A stretch of 64,000 bases of DNA from Kondoa subrosea (Eukaryota), in assembly GCA_039545335.1 (NCBI GenBank), contig BCIN01000003.1:2117060-2181059 (forward strand), in the 5' to 3' direction. Position numbers and translations under genes: made by a program. The notes under the pieces are model-generated. The model worked only from the letters and a program-made list of their open reading frames with translations. It was not told where the DNA came from and did not search any database. Of the stretch, positions 12,374-26,754 are shown one piece after another (within the stretch, counting starts at the first letter, position 1; the number at the start of each line of letters is the position of its first letter).

Positions 12374-14312
12374 TCACACTTGTTCAGATGTTATTGGCTC
12401 GGCCAAGGCTGCCTCTTCCTCGGTTTCTTGTACTTCTTTGGCCGCAAGTGAATCGAGACAAGGTGCTTGAAAAAGAGCTAAGAGGAGTAGTGTCAGCTTG
12501 AAGAGGATATCAGACGGTGTGTACGATACGCACTGCCTCGTTTGAAGCCACTGTTCAACATTAGCTTGCATCATAACACGACAGAAGCAGAACTTACTTC
12601 ACCGTCGGAATGGAGACAACCAGCCAAAGTATACAGACCGATGCAGTCATGATCGTACCAATTATGCGAAGAGTAATGTTATCGAAGGTTGATGCCAATC
12701 CATACGTCAGCAAATTCAATGAACCCAAGGGAAACTTTTGTGAATCTTCGGTCGATGATCACTACACCCTTATAGACAGAACTGACCGTGAATGCCCCTG
12801 TGCGGAAATGATTAGTCAGCTTGTGATGATAGACCAGGGACAAACATACAAAAGCCAAGATTGAACTTTGCTCGTTCTCTCAACCAGTGTGTAGCACACG
12901 CAGCGATTGCCATGCAGAGCCACCACAAGCCAAAGCCTAAGAGTAGCAATCCGATGACTATTCCAGCAGCGTACATTGATTCGCCAACAGTTCGAAGAGC
13001 AGCGAAACCAGCATTATCCGGGTCACGATTTGCCAGAACAGGAAATAGGTCTCGACAGACACGACCGAGCTGAAGAAGTGCATAACCGCCCTGTAGGACG
13101 TTTCAGCTCGACTTCAATTTCGGAAAGCGAAAGATAAACTTGGCCTGTTCGTGAAGAGATGGGAGACTTCCAATCAGCCCAATTTGCGAGACGAAAGCAC
13201 AATGCTGACCTGCTGGACCTAATGGAAGAAATGTAGATACTACGACTTCGCTTCCCGGCAAGCGATGTAGAATCAGTCGTTGTAAGTACAGGACCAGCAA
13301 GCATAATGCAAGTATCTACTGTCGCCGTCAGTCCTAATTATGAGTGTTTTTTTGTTGGAGTATACGTACAAGTCCGACACCAAGTTGTATATAAGATGCC
13401 AAGACGATGTTGAGCGCATAAATTGGATGAGAATCGATCATTAGATTAGCCAAAGTCGAGCCGGATGTGGCGACCGTGATCGTAGGAACTGTGCAAAGTC
13501 TTCAATTACTGTCACTACAGTGGAAAAAAGCAGTGCCGACCGAAAGGCAACAGCCAAGCTGCAGTCAAGGTCTCTGACCGATGAGCATGTTGGCTCATCA
13601 TGTAATAGGGCACAACCAATACTGAGAAGACACTGATGACCGATACGATCCAATAGAGGACCGAGGCAGCAATTAGGGAGCCAGACAAGCCATAATCCGA
13701 GCCATAAAGAGCGATCGAAGCTGCAGATTGCGAGAGATCAGCCACAAGATTGGAATACGTATCAGGATACGAACAAGTTATGGTGATAAATCCCATAGGT
13801 ACAGTGCCGATAAACAGTGAATGCTGCATGAAGTTTGAGTGATCGCGTCATTTGTACAACATGGACATGAACAGACCTGCTCGTGCCGCAAAGTCGCACC
13901 GAATATCTGCGGATAGAGTGTATACCGAGTGATGATCATCAAAGAGAAAGAAAGAAAAAGAGCCATATCGACGACCAGGTAGATTGCTCCGATGGTACGG
14001 AAGGCGACATGCGTCGAGTGCCAGGGCATAAGGTATAGCAGCACAGAAGGTATACCGCAGCCCATAGTACACGAGAACCATGCTACATGCTCGTCTTAAG
14101 CTCTTCGAGTCAACAGAAGGGCTATTAGTACGGTACCTACCTGGCGAAAATCGTCTAATCCTTGCCTCCCATCCTCTGGCTTTCCCCGCAGCAGGTGTAA
14201 TAGTCCTCCTTATACGCTTGCTGTTGACCGACTTCTCCGTTGGATTTCCGCCATTTGCCTGACATTCTGTCGTCTGTTGTACTTCGCTCATTTGGCCACC
14301 ATTTTCGGCCAT
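12374..14312 (-). CDS. SLAC1/TDT-family transporter (Ssu1 sulfite efflux / Mae1 malate permease-like)
   Basis: RIRRFSP.WFS..MGCG, SLFIGTVPMGFITI and TAAWLLP motifs; multiple TM exons. Confidence 0.88.
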
Positions 14313-14468
14313 AATGTGGTTATCAATGACCAGATATCTATGAACAAGCTTGTACAGCCGCACAATGGGTATAAGCTGGTCGAATTGGATCAAACCTCTC
14401 CTCTTCCAAAACAGCGACGTTTTGGCTGACAGGCTGTTCTTGCTGAACGCACTATACGCTGCAACAAC

Positions 14469-15244
14469 ATGTCCTTCTCTCGCATTGTATTTGTGCCAGG
14501 AATCGGAGCCGCAGCTGATTCTGTGGGAGCCTGCTTCTATGCTTCATTACGAACGTCTTTGCTGCAAGCGTTTCCTGATGTCGAAGTGGATCTCCGAGAC
14601 TTTCCAGATCCATATGGAGCGAAAGAGTGAATCGGATCTCTTTTGTGCGCATCCTTTCTCTTACTGTTTCGAAGGAGCGTGTGGATTCCCTTTATTAAGG
14701 ATGAACTGAAAGGTGACGATGGGACCACCGTTCTTCTCGGTCACTCTTCTGGTGCATCTGCAGCGATGAGGTGCCGCGCTACCTCATTGTTCAGTATCTG
14801 GTCTTATACCTGCTTAGGTTTGCAGAACGATACCCGGTCAAGGCCATCATCCCTGTGTCGGCGGCGACAACAGATCAGGGTAAGCGAATAAATTTGACGC
14901 TGCTATCAAGGTTGAAAATGGCAAAATAGGCGATGAGAAGGAAGTCAGTCCCCAAATCTTGATTGCTGGCTTTTGATTGGCCACTTATAAGCTCAAAGAG
15001 GGATAGCGAATACTTCAATCGGCCTTGGCAATATCAAGACATCATCAAGAATACTCAACATATTCTGCAAGTCGGAGCGGTTGACGATCAATCAGTTCCG
15101 ATCAAGGAGCAGCGTGAAAACGCAGAAGGTCTCAAGTCAGATCATTCTACCTATGTCGAGTTGCAACAAGGAGGACATTTTGTGAGAGCGAAAGAGCCAG
15201 AATTGGCGAGAGTCATCATTGATTGGCTGAAGGGTTTGCAATGA
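14469..15244 (+). CDS. RBBP9/YdeN-like serine hydrolase
   Basis: Spliced product reads FPDPYGAKESVWIPFI...LLGHSSGASAAMRFAE...GDEKE...YFNRPWQY...DDQSVP...GGHF, which has the RBBP9 catalytic S-D-H layout. Confidence 0.88.
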
Positions 15245-15428
15245 AATACTAATAAGCTGTCTTGAATCACCGGAATGACGGAACGAAGGAAATGTTCCGA
15301 TGTAGGGCCACTAAGTATGCCACTCTAAAGTGCACACGACTTATAAATTTCTCGTGATTGTATCATGACTCGTCTCAACCGAGAACATCCAATCTGCGGT
15401 CCAATGCAGCAGATGTGCTAGCTATGCT

Positions 15429-18400
15429 ATGGACGCCGTCAAAGCAAGACAGGACGATGAAATAGCTTCCCTGCAGAGCATATTCGATACAGACTTTCGC
15501 TTTATCAAACCAGCGACAGCTTGGAAAGTGAGTACAATTAGTACTCGGGTTGGGACGCATTAAACTAGAGGCTGCATAGAATGTAAATGCGCCTGTCGAA
15601 TTCGTCATCCATGTGCAGCCTATGGACATCAGTCTGCGAGAGCAGCTCTCCGTTGACTTGCACATAAAGTGAATCTTTTTGTTTTCTCGTCCCCGATTTT
15701 GGTTTATGCCTTGCTTCCTGTCCTAATAGGCTACCGAAAACTTATCCTAAAGTTCTTCCTATTTTCAGCCTGGAACAGGCCAAAGGTATCTCATCAAGCA
15801 AGATCACAACGCTTCAATCTCTTCTCAAACGGACAGCACAAGAGCTGCAGGGCAATGAAGCAATCTTTGAGCTGGTCTCCGTCACGTCTAACTACATTTC
15901 AGAGAACCATGGTGTTACTAGACCTCAAGACAATGTTTCTTTGATTGAAGAATTGGGTCAGCGAGAGAAAGCTGCTCGAGAAGCCGAACAATTGCGCTCT
16001 TCAGAAGCTCTTGCTGAACAAGAAAGACAGCAGCAGCAAGACAGAGCGGAATTAGCCAGTCTTATTGAATCGGATCGTAAGAGACAGCTGGATGCAATTC
16101 GGGAGAGTGAAGGCAGATGGACTCCAAGTAACGATGGGGCCGGACTGAATGATTCTGATAACAACTCGACTTGGAAATTGAGGATGTCGGATGGAATTCG
16201 ACCGTGTTTAGTCCAGCTTGGTTCTCATATTCGCGATATTTCCGTCTCTTCGCTGCATCATGTACAAGTAATACCGGATTCTGGTGAACCGATATCTGCA
16301 TTCCTGCTCAAGATTGATTTCAGTAAAGCGAGATCATATTATAGCTCTACTTCTGGCCAACGGAAAATAGCAACAGTGCAAGATGATTTATCTAGGCTGG
16401 AAGAGCTCTCGTCGTACGTCTATGTAATCGAAGCCTGACTCGGCTAAGCAAAGTTTTAGTTCGCAGCTTGTCCAGATTTACGGGCATAGAGTTTTCTCGC
16501 ATGTCAACAACGGCTCAACAGTCCGACTGGAAATTATCATTGGCCTTTTCGCGTCGACCCTCGACGACTTACTTCAGCTGTGCGGAGAGATGCAGCCCGA
16601 GAAAGTGCTACAGATAGCTGGACACACTCTGACTGGCTTGCGACAATTGCATTCGGCTGGTCTGACGCACAAGCGTCTCACACTTCATTCTATGGTTCTT
16701 GTTGCCGGGAAACCCGATCCGAGGCTCTTTGGTTCTTCTTATCTCCAACGTCTCTTCGATATGCATCGCTCGGTGCCTTTCACCAGCGGTGTCATTCGTG
16801 CAACTGTACCAGAAGCTTGGGATTGCCCAGAAGCTGTTTATGATCCTCTGGCGTATGATAAACCACGCGATATCTGGGATCTTGGTCTATGTCTAATCAA
16901 GCTCATCTTCGGCAATGGAGCTTTAGAACAGATCAGCGGACCTCACGATGCCCTAGCTTTGAGTATATTCTATTCTTGCCGTGCTTTCTTCTGTTCATTG
17001 GTTGCAATAGTAAGACATCCTTTGCTGCAGCAACTTTTGGCCGCTATCTTTGTTCCGGTCAGGCAAAGACTTTCTGCAGCTCAATTGCTGCAACTTGTGG
17101 ACACTAAGCAAGATTCTGCCTTGTTTTCCCCAATGAAATCACCTGGTAAGACACATATTGTATCGGTAGTAGCGCATTGTTGATCCGGGGCCTAGGTTTT
17201 CTGTCATCATCTATACCAAGCATATCAATACCTTTACCCATAGATAAAACCTTACAACTAGCTGGCAGTCCGGAGCGACCTAATGCACTCTTTTACCAGC
17301 CCCAAAGACAGCTCCAGCCAGCTACTTCTCGTTACAGATCAGAGTTCGAAGAAGTCGAATTTCTAGGCAAAGGTGGCTTTGGATCAGTCGTTAAAGCAGT
17401 CAACAAATTGGACAAGAATTACTACGCGATCAAAAAGATCAAGATGCCAAATGACATTTTAGCGGAACAGAAAATTCTACGAGAAGTCACAACCTGGAGC
17501 AGGCTGAATCACCCAGCCATTGTACGATATCACACCGCTTGGGTCGAAAGTGAAACATACTCCCTTGACGCAGACAAAGCTTTACTGGAAATCGAGGATT
17601 CTCAATCCAATACGCCTACGCACGAAATCCAAACGGACACACAGACCGAGTCGATGGACGATTTTTCGCTTGGTGTCGCTTTCGACGACGACAACGACTT
17701 TTTATCCAAAGATGGTCACGAGCGGGAGGGATCATACCCTCAAATACACTTCGGAGGATCAGATGATGATTCTGACTCTGACTCCAGTTCTAACGACTCG
17801 AAAGGCTTGAAAAGTGAAGCCAAACAATCTGCTGCACGCTCAAGGGCAGCATCAGTGAATAGACAGCAACAAAAGCGCACATTATATATTCAGTAAGCTT
17901 TTGTTTCCATCTATAGTCTTGTCAGCTGAGATTTCGGTCAGGATGGAATTCGTCGATGGACGCACACTGCGAGAGGTAATGAAAACATCCACGCAAGAAC
18001 TCTGTCTGACACAAGGCCAGGCTATTGACGTCGGAATTAAAGAAGATGAAGCTTGGCGCCTATTGCGTCAAATCCTGGGTGCAGTATGTGAACCGCTGAG
18101 CGAGTCACAAACCGCTGATCGCGAAGCAGATCGTGTCATTCACCTCAATTGGGATCGTTCATCGCGACCTAAAGCCTGGCAATATCTTCCTTGATCGACT
18201 GGGACAAGTCAAAGGTCAAGAAATTGCTAATTCCACAAACCCAAACTGACCACTTTATGTGTAGTCGGCGACTTTGGTATGTGCAACTGAAGTCTCTAGA
18301 ATTTGCTGCTTAGCCGTTGATCTAGGTTTGGCGGTCGAGACTTTCGAAAGTCTTTCTAGTAGCCAAGTGCTGTTGCCGAAAGATGCAGAGTCAGATATGA

Positions 18401-21400
18401 CATCGGGTGAGTCGTGTGTGCAATCAAGATGAGCTGGTCGTTAACCGCTTGAGCAGGTGTCGGAACCGGTCTTTATCTAGCGCCAGAGAGCATTTCGTCT
18501 GCAAAATTGGCAACAAGCAGGCATCACACTGCAAACAAAAGTAAGCTTCTATGCGCATGTCGATCTGTCTAGACCAATAGAAAGCAGTCGACATGTACAG
18601 TCTTGGTATATGTGAGTATGTCAAGGAACGGCTGTACATGTCAATGACGTTTATGCGGCAGGTTTTTTCGAAATGGTCTTTCCGATCAGCACAAAAATGG
18701 AACGGATCAAAATACTCCAAGCGCTGCGGACACCTGAAATCAGCTTTCCAGATCATTGGAACCCTCATAGTTTCGGCAAACAACGGCAAGTAATTAGATG
18801 GCTTCTATCGTGGACACCTAGCGAGAGACCGACTGCTAACGAGCTTCTACATTCCGATTTGCTTCCACCTGTCGTAGTGGACGAAGTGATTGAGGAGGCC
18901 ATTAGACAAATCGCGCAGGTAAGCTCTTGATGTGATTTAATAGAATTCTTCTCGTCTAAGTAGTAACGCGTTGTAGCCGAAGTCTCAACACAGACATGCA
19001 GTGCTCGCTACGCTGTTTCAGCCAACAGCTAAGGAAAGGCTTTCGCAAGATTATTTGTATGACTACGCAAATACAGCTGCTGTGGAGCCCGAACCATACA
19101 ACGCCATCGTCAGTGCTTGTTCTGCTGCAGATACATACCTTGTCGAAGACATCTGATGTCTCTGCTGCAGGTAAAAGATGAGCTGCGTTTTCTATTCCAG
19201 AGAAGAGGAGCAGTAGAATTACATTCTCCGTTATTGCTTCCTGCTAGTCCAGCTTATGACCCAGAAGAAGGTAGACGACCCGTAAAACTCATTGACGAAA
19301 ATGGAGTGAGGATCACTATCATGCTGCACGAACTTGGTGTTAATCCCAAACCTTGTATGGCAGACTGCAACACAATTACCATATGATCTAGTGGTTCCGT
19401 TATGCCGGCAAATCGCTCGAGATCCTCAGCTCGGACGCTTGAAGCGTTTTTCTATCTCATCTGTTTTCCGGCGACGAGAACCAGCGGGAGGTCAACCAAG
19501 AGCTCCTTTGGTTGCATCTTTTGATATAGTATCGTCCGTTGATACGCTTGCCGCAGAGGCAGAATGGTAGGTGGGTCATTGTGCCGAGCTCGACTTGTTG
19601 ACAACGTGTGTCGTAGTATTCATGCCATTGGTATGTACTTTGCCTGATATGACTTGAACAGATTTGATGTTTCCTTCAGATGAAATATTGGACGTATTTC
19701 CTCTACATGGTGCAGAATACGTTCACCAGCTTGGTCACACCGGCTTGACTGAAGCACTTTTGGCTGAAACGAAACCAGAAACACGCAAGCTGGTGTTCCG
19801 AGCTTTGGAGGCCATCAATAATCGTGGAGAGATAGGAAACCACCATCGAGTAAATCTGGAGCTGCAAAAGATTGTCGACCTAGATCGGCGCATTCTGGAA
19901 AAGATGTTAATCTTCAACTCCTTCTGTGAGTTACTACCGCCTTGAATCGCGTGTACACTCTAATCCTGCTGGATAGTCACAATACAAGACCTGCTCAAAC
20001 AATACAGTATAAGTTCACGCTTCGCTGCTGCAGCGGAAGCCCTAGACGAGATTGTATCGCTTTGTAGCGATTTGGATGTCAAGCGAGACATTCTCGTATG
20101 CCCTTTGTTGGTGATCAATGGCCACTTGCACCGCGGCAAACGAGACGTTGCGTTCTTTCAAACCGTTCGCAAGCATAAATCTGGATCAACAACACTGGCT
20201 GTTGGTGGGAGGTGTGTTTTCTGCGAAAATCGTCTCTGATTGAGCTCATAATCTGCGAAGATTTGACAATCTTGTCGAGACCTTTGTTCAGCACGAGCGA
20301 AAAAGTGCCATCCACGTGGTCGGCGTATCAATAGCTGTGCTTCAACTGTCCAGATCTCTGGCTCAAGAACAAGAAGCATCCGTGAAAGCCTTGGCTATAG
20401 CTTCTCAAGGCAGCGAGAAGTCTTTCGGACGGTATCCTTCGCGGCGAGTAAGAGAATCTGCTCTTCTTGCAGCCGGTCGTATCTGATGATATAGCAAGTG
20501 TGACGTATATGTTGTCTCATTCAACTCAGGGCTGTTGAAAGCAAGGTTGTCTCTATGTGGTTTACTATGGAAGAACAACATCAAAGCAGACCTTGTGCGT
20601 TTCTCGCTTCGATGTGAAATGCAGAATAATTGATTCGGTATAGATGTACGATGATGATACGGAGACAGATTCCATCGAACAGATGACCATTACTAGAAGA
20701 AGAGAAGGCATCTTGTTCTTGGTATTTTCTCAACACACTGATTCGGCAGTTGTTGATTGTCCATATCAGGTCATTGTCAAACACAACCAGTTCTCTTACA
20801 AAGTGCGGAATGTTCTCAGATCAGGCGAATCTGAAGGTATGTAGTTGTTAAATAGGAAACTTATCTGATGATTTGACCGCAGTCCCAAAATCTGACCTGA
20901 TCCCATACCTCAGCGAGAACATTGCCGAACAATCTCGCATCGATCAGCAGCTCAGCAATGAGCGGCAAGGCAAAGATCTCGTATATCCTGGTCATGCACA
21001 CGTCAAGACGTCCGACTATCGCCACTCCTCGACGGGTGAAGTCCATCTCTTGTCTCCTGAGAATGGGAAGAAGCAGCAACTTGCTCGGCAAAGGAACCTG
21101 ATCGCTACTAAAGCGAGTGACTCTGTTTCTACCTGCATCACTTCATTAAAGGACGCTCCGATCTTCGCCGTGGAATTCAGCGGTGAACACTTTCACTCAC
21201 TGGGTGACAGTCGCTGGGTACATGACCCAGACATCTATGCCCGGATGTCTGCTTCGATACCCCAAAACAAAAAGCAAGCGCTCTCTCAATTACGAGGCGC
21301 ACTTCGAGATCATTGCAAGACAACAGAAGATCGACCAGTGCAAGCCTTTCTCTTCTCTGTATCCACCAATCGTTCGTTATTGTTGAGCTTCGATGTTTAG
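15429..21400 (+). CDS. GCN2: eIF2-alpha kinase GCN2 (RWD, pseudokinase, kinase, HisRS-like, C-terminal domains)
   Basis: QDDEIASLQSIF (RWD); SRYRSEFEEVEFLGKGGFGSVVK; LREVTTWSRLNHPAIVRYHTAWVE; HRDLKP; GDFG; GTGLYLAPE; LPYDLVVP (HisRS-like). Confidence 0.96.
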
Positions 21401-21457
21401 ATTAGATTACGGCAGTCTTGCCGTTGTAATAATACATTGTAATACATTTTTCGATCA

Positions 21458-23958
21458 TCATGGCTCTTTCTCGAAAGGCAATGTCCGCATACATATAGCC
21501 GTTAGCAAGAAAAGCCCACTTGACGCGAAAAGAGGTAAAATAGGCGAAATAGCCATCAATATCCCAGTGCTGTCAAGGTACGTTTCAGTCTGACTCGAAG
21601 AAGAGAGAAAGCGACGCACAGCAGAGGCGCAACTACACCGGCTACTCGGCTCAGACTTGATGCCACGCCGCAAGCTGTCCCTCGAACTTGTACATCGAAG
21701 GTCGCAGGAGTGTAGCTGTATATAATAGCTGGAAGCAGAAATCAGTCTTCGTTGGCGACAGAAAACTGAGTGCGCACCATATACAATGCTCTCGCAGAGG
21801 GAGACGACGCAGATAGTGAAGACTACTGCGCTTTTGGAGTTGATACCGATAAAGACAAGTATGCCAATAACTGTCAGAAGAGTCCCTCTGCGGTTTTATT
21901 TATCAGCGTAGCTCTTCTAATTTATAGCAACAACTGACAGAGCCATCGAGTTCCGCTGCCCTAATCGAGTGCCAATGAGCCATGATCCGATCAATGCACC
22001 TGGTATTCCGGCGACCGTGTAGTATACATACTCTTGCAAACTCTCTTCCCTTGAGCTTTTGCCTTCACCGCCAAGTTTACGCTCAAGCCAGCTAATAAAT
22101 GTACGATTAGGAAAGATACACTTCTCGGAACTTGACTTTACCTGGGCAGGAAAGCATTGAAGATGGTATATGCTGCACTCATCTACGAGTAGAGAAATCA
22201 ATGAATCATCATCTTGCAAGTGAACATAACATACGAGTGTCCATATCGACCAAACCAGAATGGTAGTCAATCGCCAGTCCGGTACAAACAAGCCTTCTAT
22301 CTTTTCAAGAGAAGCGAACAGTCCTTCCGCAAGAGGTGTAGGTAGCATCAACAACCAATTTGGTACATCCCTCTTTCCTGCAACTTGTTCCATAGGATCT
22401 CTTTCTTCTTCGTCTTTTAAAGCAGGAGAGAGTAAAGGTTCTCTTCCTTCTGCGTTGAATATAGTAGTAGTAGGTGAAGAAGTCCGTTTAGGAGCAGCTG
22501 CATTATTCGAAGCACCAACATCTGCTAATTTGAGGTTGAAAGTCGAACCATTGATATCGTTGATCTGTTGCAGAACGACTAGCGCATCTTCTGGCCTGTT
22601 CGCTTGCAAAAGCCAAGAAGGAGATTCTCGAAGACGGAACAGCAAGGTTCTACAAGCCAGCATGAGAAGCGTCTGTACGAAGAAATCATCTATATCAGCT
22701 CAAAGCTGACAAGAGGTAACATCCCGCGTACGATCCCGCCGCAAGTTTTCAGCATGATACGCCATCCTGTGTTCTCGGTTTCCAGATCGCAGACTTGCGT
22801 AAGATCTTCCGAACAGCTATAACCGGGTATAATGAACAGGCCAAGTAGACTAGCAGCTACTGCGCCCAAAGAGAAGCTACGATCGATTGATTAGCTGCTT
22901 GACCGATATGTCCTTCTGAACAACTTACAATATGGATAATGCAGTCAATAAATGATGTTTACTCTTGGGTATATTTTCCAGAAACAAAGTGCCATCTATG
23001 TGGGTCATTCTAATGAGCTGGAACAGGTGCGTATGTATGAGGTGCTCACCAGTAGGCATACTTCCCCCTTCGCAATCATCAGGTCAGCCTTTCTCCAACT
23101 TTGCGATTGAACGAAAGAGTACTGACCCACTCCAGCCCCTAACCCAAACATCAAGAAACAAAGCATAGGAAACGATGTTGCGAAGCCCGCTGCGCAACCA
23201 AAGACAGAAGCCAGTAGTAAAGTGAAATTGAAAGCTGGTGCTCGTCCTTTTGAATCCGAATCTGTGCGATTTTCAAAATGTTCTCACCAAGCAAAACTTG
23301 ATGAAGAAAGGAAGAACGCACAGCTTCCCCAAGCCCAAGCACCTACCATCATTCCGCTAAACATTGACGATGTAAGTGATCCAATCCAACGATCAGAGAT
23401 CTGGTAGTGTTCTGCTCTCATGCTCATATCAAAAGCCGCTGATGACAAGCGTAAATCACTACGAACCTTGCACTCGTGGTAGTACTACTGCCATGGACTG
23501 AATACTGGCTTTGAATTGCTTCTGCCAGTATGAGTAATCAAAACGTACTTGGAGCCATAGCTGTCAATCCGGCATTTCAATCAGCTTTCATAGCACACCA
23601 GAACAGCAGACTGACATTATCTGCAAACCAGCCGACTGTATGCAGCTATTAGCACGCTAGACGAAGTAGAAAGGACATTACTCACAACCACATAATACTC
23701 TGATCTCGTCCAACAAATCAGGTCTGTGCCGTTATGAAGAGACAGATAAACGAACAGCAATCGTTTCTGATAAGAACCAAAGCCAATCTTCTCCAGCGTT
23801 CGGTCAAGGGCAGCACTATCAGGTTGAGCAGAATTGCTGATCTCGTCTGTCGGTGATATAGATCCATGTGAAGGGTATCTGTCTGGTGACTCGGAGCCTA
23901 GGAGTTCTGCTGCTGACCGTCTGTCCACTGGAAAGGGAGGCCTAACTGGCCTGGACAT
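21458..23958 (-). CDS. MFS transporter (SV2/SVOP-like)
   Basis: LDRTLEKIGFGSYQKRLLVLCGFGWFADNLWLQ, GWRIML, LRESPSWL, GIPGALIG. The 5' end is built from 12-31 nt exons. Confidence 0.9.
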
Positions 23959-24123
23959 GATGGCATGAAGTCAACATTACGAAAAAAGTATTATGCTAGT
24001 GTCAAGAAGCTTTGAGAAGACTAGTGTATATGCGTAGTAAGAAAGCGAGAAACGAGTCAGTCGTTGCATTGCTTTCCCGTTCTCGATGCTGCTGCGTTAC
24101 AATGAAAAGGGCCTGACAAACGT

Positions 24124-25130
24124 CTATTCGTCTAGAACGATGTTCTGCAGTATGAATCAGTAGTGATCCAAGAATGAACGCTATAATAACTTACAGTCCT
24201 CTCTTCAACGTAGATACCGTCCAAGAACTTTCGGATATCTGTACGCATCATAATTCAAGCATCAGCGTCATTGTAATCCGATACAAAATCATTGTGCATA
24301 CCCTTGTTCTTGACCAGGCATGCAGTGTGGATATCGGCTGCTGATTGCGAGACAGCTTCAATGTCGTTACCCTCTGTGGATGCAACACTGGTTTAGTACA
24401 TTACTGCAGACTCGCATTGTCACCCACGGATGATGATCTGATCCTTTTGTGCTTTTGATTCGATAATCTCAACGCCTTCCAACATAGGTACAGTTCGCGC
24501 GAGCTGTCAGAGGAAAGATGGAACATTAGCCCAAGCTAAGTTTGTCCAATGATCCTTGCTGACCTTCTCGCCCAAGAAGTTTCGGATTTCGCATGACTTG
24601 TTGTCGTCTGCAATGATGACCTGTGGAACACAAGCAGGGATCAATCAGCTTATGCTGAAAAGCCCATACAGCGAAACCGACGTTGATAGGGAAATGTGCG
24701 TATACGCTTCGCATCTGCGCCCCAAGAAGATGTTGTCAGACACATGCTTGTCTGAGCAGCCACATCGACGCACCTTGTAAAGGAAGCCTTTGGTAACGCC
24801 AGTGATCATGTTCTCGATCATAGACTTGACAGTTCTCAAGCAAGCGACGTGCTTCCTTTTACCGTGCCAGACAATGAACTTGACTCTTGAACCTTTGCCA
24901 GTCTTGACAACACGGATATCCATGTCAATGTGCTTGCAGTGCTTTTTTTCAATGGCAATTCAGCATTCTGTCCCTTTTGCCTCCCCTCTGTCTAGAGGTG
25001 AGAGATGCCGAAGCGGGCTCACCTTGACAAGTTTCCCTCTTGGACCTTCAACAGTGACTGTCCTTGCCTTGATAACGACAGTCACATTATCCGGCACAAC
25101 CAAATCTTCATCCTTATAAATGTCCCTCAT
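24124..25130 (-). CDS. RPL9: 60S ribosomal protein L9 (uL6)
   Basis: [66 protein letters not shown]. Confidence 0.98.
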
Positions 25131-25716
25131 TTCCTCTGTTCAAAAGCAGATCTGATCTCAGCAAAGGTATACGACAACGTCTGAGGCGAAGAGCTGACTG
25201 GTCTTGCTGAGTTGCTGTAGAGGGGATGAGGAAAAGAGAATTCAACGATTCTGGCGCACCGATTTTGTAAGTTTACAAAAAAGGTCAAACTTTTTGTCTC
25301 GGTCCGTAACAAGTGAAGTCAAACTAAATCTTCGAGCTCGCCAGGAGACCTCTCAGTACGCAGACTGATTCGTTGCGCGGTAGCTTCTCGCTCTTTTCGC
25401 TCTCTTCAAGTTCTTCTTCATAAAGTTCTGTAGTACGATTGCCAAGTTTCAATGAAAGCTTGAATTCTTCTCTACCTTTGTTCCCCCAGATTTTGCTACT
25501 GTGCTGCTATCTTCTGCTATCTCTCTCTCTGTGTCTCCACCCCTCATGCTTCTATGACCTATTAGCAGCTATTTTTGGCAGTTTGTAGCACACGACTTCG
25601 GATTGTCTTGGACACGTCGTATCAATTTGAGGTCTCTCTGTTTACAAGCTCGCGCTGCGATACTGCCTTGATGTCAAACCACCATCAAATCCAAACCAAA
25701 CCACCCTACAATCACC

Positions 25717-26754
25717 ATGCCTGCTCATCTAGCATGCAGTCTCTGGGGCAAACGAAGCAGTGATACAACAATCCTGTATTGTCATGGTTTGAACGAAAGC
25801 TCTTTGAGCTTCAATCACTTAGCCAAGACTTTGGTTCAGGACCGTATGTGTAGACCTACCTACATCCGTACCGTACTAAATACTACTGGCACTAGACTTC
25901 TACTGTATAGCCTATGATGCTCCTGGACACGGTCGAAGTCCTCTAGCGCCAGATTTGGAGCAATATACTTTCGAAAACTTAGCCCTTGCTACCAAAATTC
26001 AGCTTGAGGATCATAATCTTCAGTTCGTGAATACAATCATCGGTCATTCACTAGGCGGATTAGTGGCCTTGGCGTTAATTCCTCTTCTCCCACAACCTCC
26101 TGATCGAATTATACTCTTGGATCCTGCATTTGATATTTCAGATCAAGTGAGGGAAGGTGCAAGAAACGGATGCAAAGAGGAGATTGCTCGATGTCCCGCA
26201 ATACAAGATTATCAAAACGAACAACCGCTTTCCTCGCGAGATGATTGTGTAGGTTCCTCTTCTTCTTGCTCTCTGAGTAATCACATTGATTGTCTGAATC
26301 ATGATCTCCTCATTGTAGGTCGCTGAGGCATTCAATGCAGCCTCAGCATTTCCAGAAGCGATAGACAAAATTCTAGATGTTCGTTCACCTCTCCTCTTGT
26401 ACACGTCTCTCTGGTGTCTTACTTGATTTGAATTCATCACTAATCAGGCAAATACACCTTGGTCGAATCATTCGAGATATTTAAAAGCAATACCTCAAGG
26501 ACTCGATCTCATCATTGTTGCTGGTGATCCAGAAAAAGGAGTTACTTTCACTGCCAAAGCTGCAACAACAGCTCGACAAGCTTATCCTGGTGTGAAGATT
26601 GGATATGTGTAAACTAATCTTCAGGCGCTTCATCTGCATCATACTGATCAATTTTGTTAGCAAAGGAGCAGGTCATGGGGTTCATAGAGATTTCCCGTGC
26701 ATCATAGAAGGAATTGTTAAGACTGGCGATGTCACAGTATTGCAAGATTTGTGA
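25717..26754 (+). CDS. Alpha/beta hydrolase, paralog A
   Basis: HGLNES, AYDAPGHGRS, nucleophile motif GHSLGG, ILLDP, GAGHGVHRDFP; four introns. Confidence 0.88.

Noticed and set aside
23137..23148. CCCCTAACCCAA, a telomere/telomerase-template-like sequence
   Set aside because: A single imperfect copy inside MFS coding sequence on the opposite strand.
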